64,000 bases of DNA from Camelus ferus (Eukaryota). Shown here piece after piece: positions 63,301 through 64,000 of the stretch (the first letter of the stretch is position 1; each line of letters begins with the position of its first letter). The notes beneath the pieces are model-generated. The model made no database searches. It had not been told where the DNA came from and was given only the letters and a program-made list of their open reading frames with translations. A program made the translations under genes and the position numbers. The stretch spans positions 65,350,001-65,414,000 of the forward strand of contig NC_045696.1 in NCBI RefSeq assembly GCF_009834535.1, given 5' to 3'.

Positions 63301-64000
63301 CAAATGCTGGAGAGGCTGTGGAGAAAAGGGAACCCTCCCACACTGCTGGTGGGAATGTAGCTTGGTGCAGCCACTGTGGAGAACAGTATGGAGATGCCTG
63401 AAAAGACTAGGAATAGACTTACCATATGAGCCAGGAATCCCGCTCCTGGGCATATATCCAGAAGGAACCCTACTTCAAAATAACACCTGCACCCAGTGTT
63501 CATAGCAGCAGTATTTACAATAGCCAAGACATGGAAACAGCCTAAATGTCCATCTACAGATGACTGGATAAAGAAGAAGTGTATATTTATACAATGGAAT
63601 ACTATTCAGCCATAAAAACTGACAACATAATGCCATTTGTAGCAACATGGATGCTCCTGGAGAATGTCATCCTAAGTGAAGTAAGCCAGAAAGAGAAAGA
63701 AAAATACCATATGAGATCACTCATATGTGGAATCTAAAACAAAACAAAACAAAACAAAGCATAAATACAAAACAGAAATAGACCCATAGACATAGAATAC
63801 AAACTTGTGGGTTGCCAAGGGGGTGGGGCGTGAGAAGGGATAGACTGGGACTTCAAAATTGTAGGACTAGATAAACAAGATTATATGGTATATAGCACAG
63901 GGAAATGCATACAAGATCTTATGGTAGCTCACTGAGAAAAAAATGTGACAATGAATATATATATGTTCATGCATAACTGAAAAATTGTGCTCTACACTGG
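63301..64000 (+). mobile_element. Young L1 3' end (ORF2 CCHC region and 3' UTR), runs off the window
   Basis: Translates [31 protein letters not shown] (L1 ORF2 zinc knuckle), with a frameshift near 63493; 3' UTR nearly identical to the 10865 copy. Confidence 0.95.

Noticed and set aside
1..64000. CRISPR arrays, operons, defence systems or other prokaryotic/viral systems
   Set aside because: The sequence is mammalian repeat-rich non-coding DNA, with no regularly spaced repeats and no long ORFs

Overview
AT-rich, CpG-poor mammalian non-coding DNA (intergenic or deep intronic). It is most likely from a camelid, based on a Vic-1-like tRNA-derived SINE at 39741-39860 and artiodactyl/camelid-type L1 3' UTRs. 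I found no recognisable protein-coding gene, RNA gene, CpG island or CRISPR array. The ORF track contains only chance ORFs and decayed L1 fragments. Much of the window is layered transposon debris: old MIR, L2 and L3/CR1; MaLR (MLT1), ERV1 (MER31, MER67), ERVL (MER77-, LTR16-like) and Gypsy-type LTRs; hAT and Tigger MITEs; long ancient L1M/HAL1 pieces; and several young L1 3' ends with target-site duplications (TSDs). The notable structures are a twin-primed inverted L1, an internally collapsed L1 that keeps both ends and its TSD inside HAL1, a Gypsy internal-PPT-LTR relic, several L1 5' ends, a pre-miRNA-sized hairpin, and repeat-free motif-rich islands that may be enhancers. I see no convincing novel biological system. 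Repeat family names come from recalled consensus sequences and need RepeatMasker/Dfam confirmation. Boundaries of old elements are approximate.
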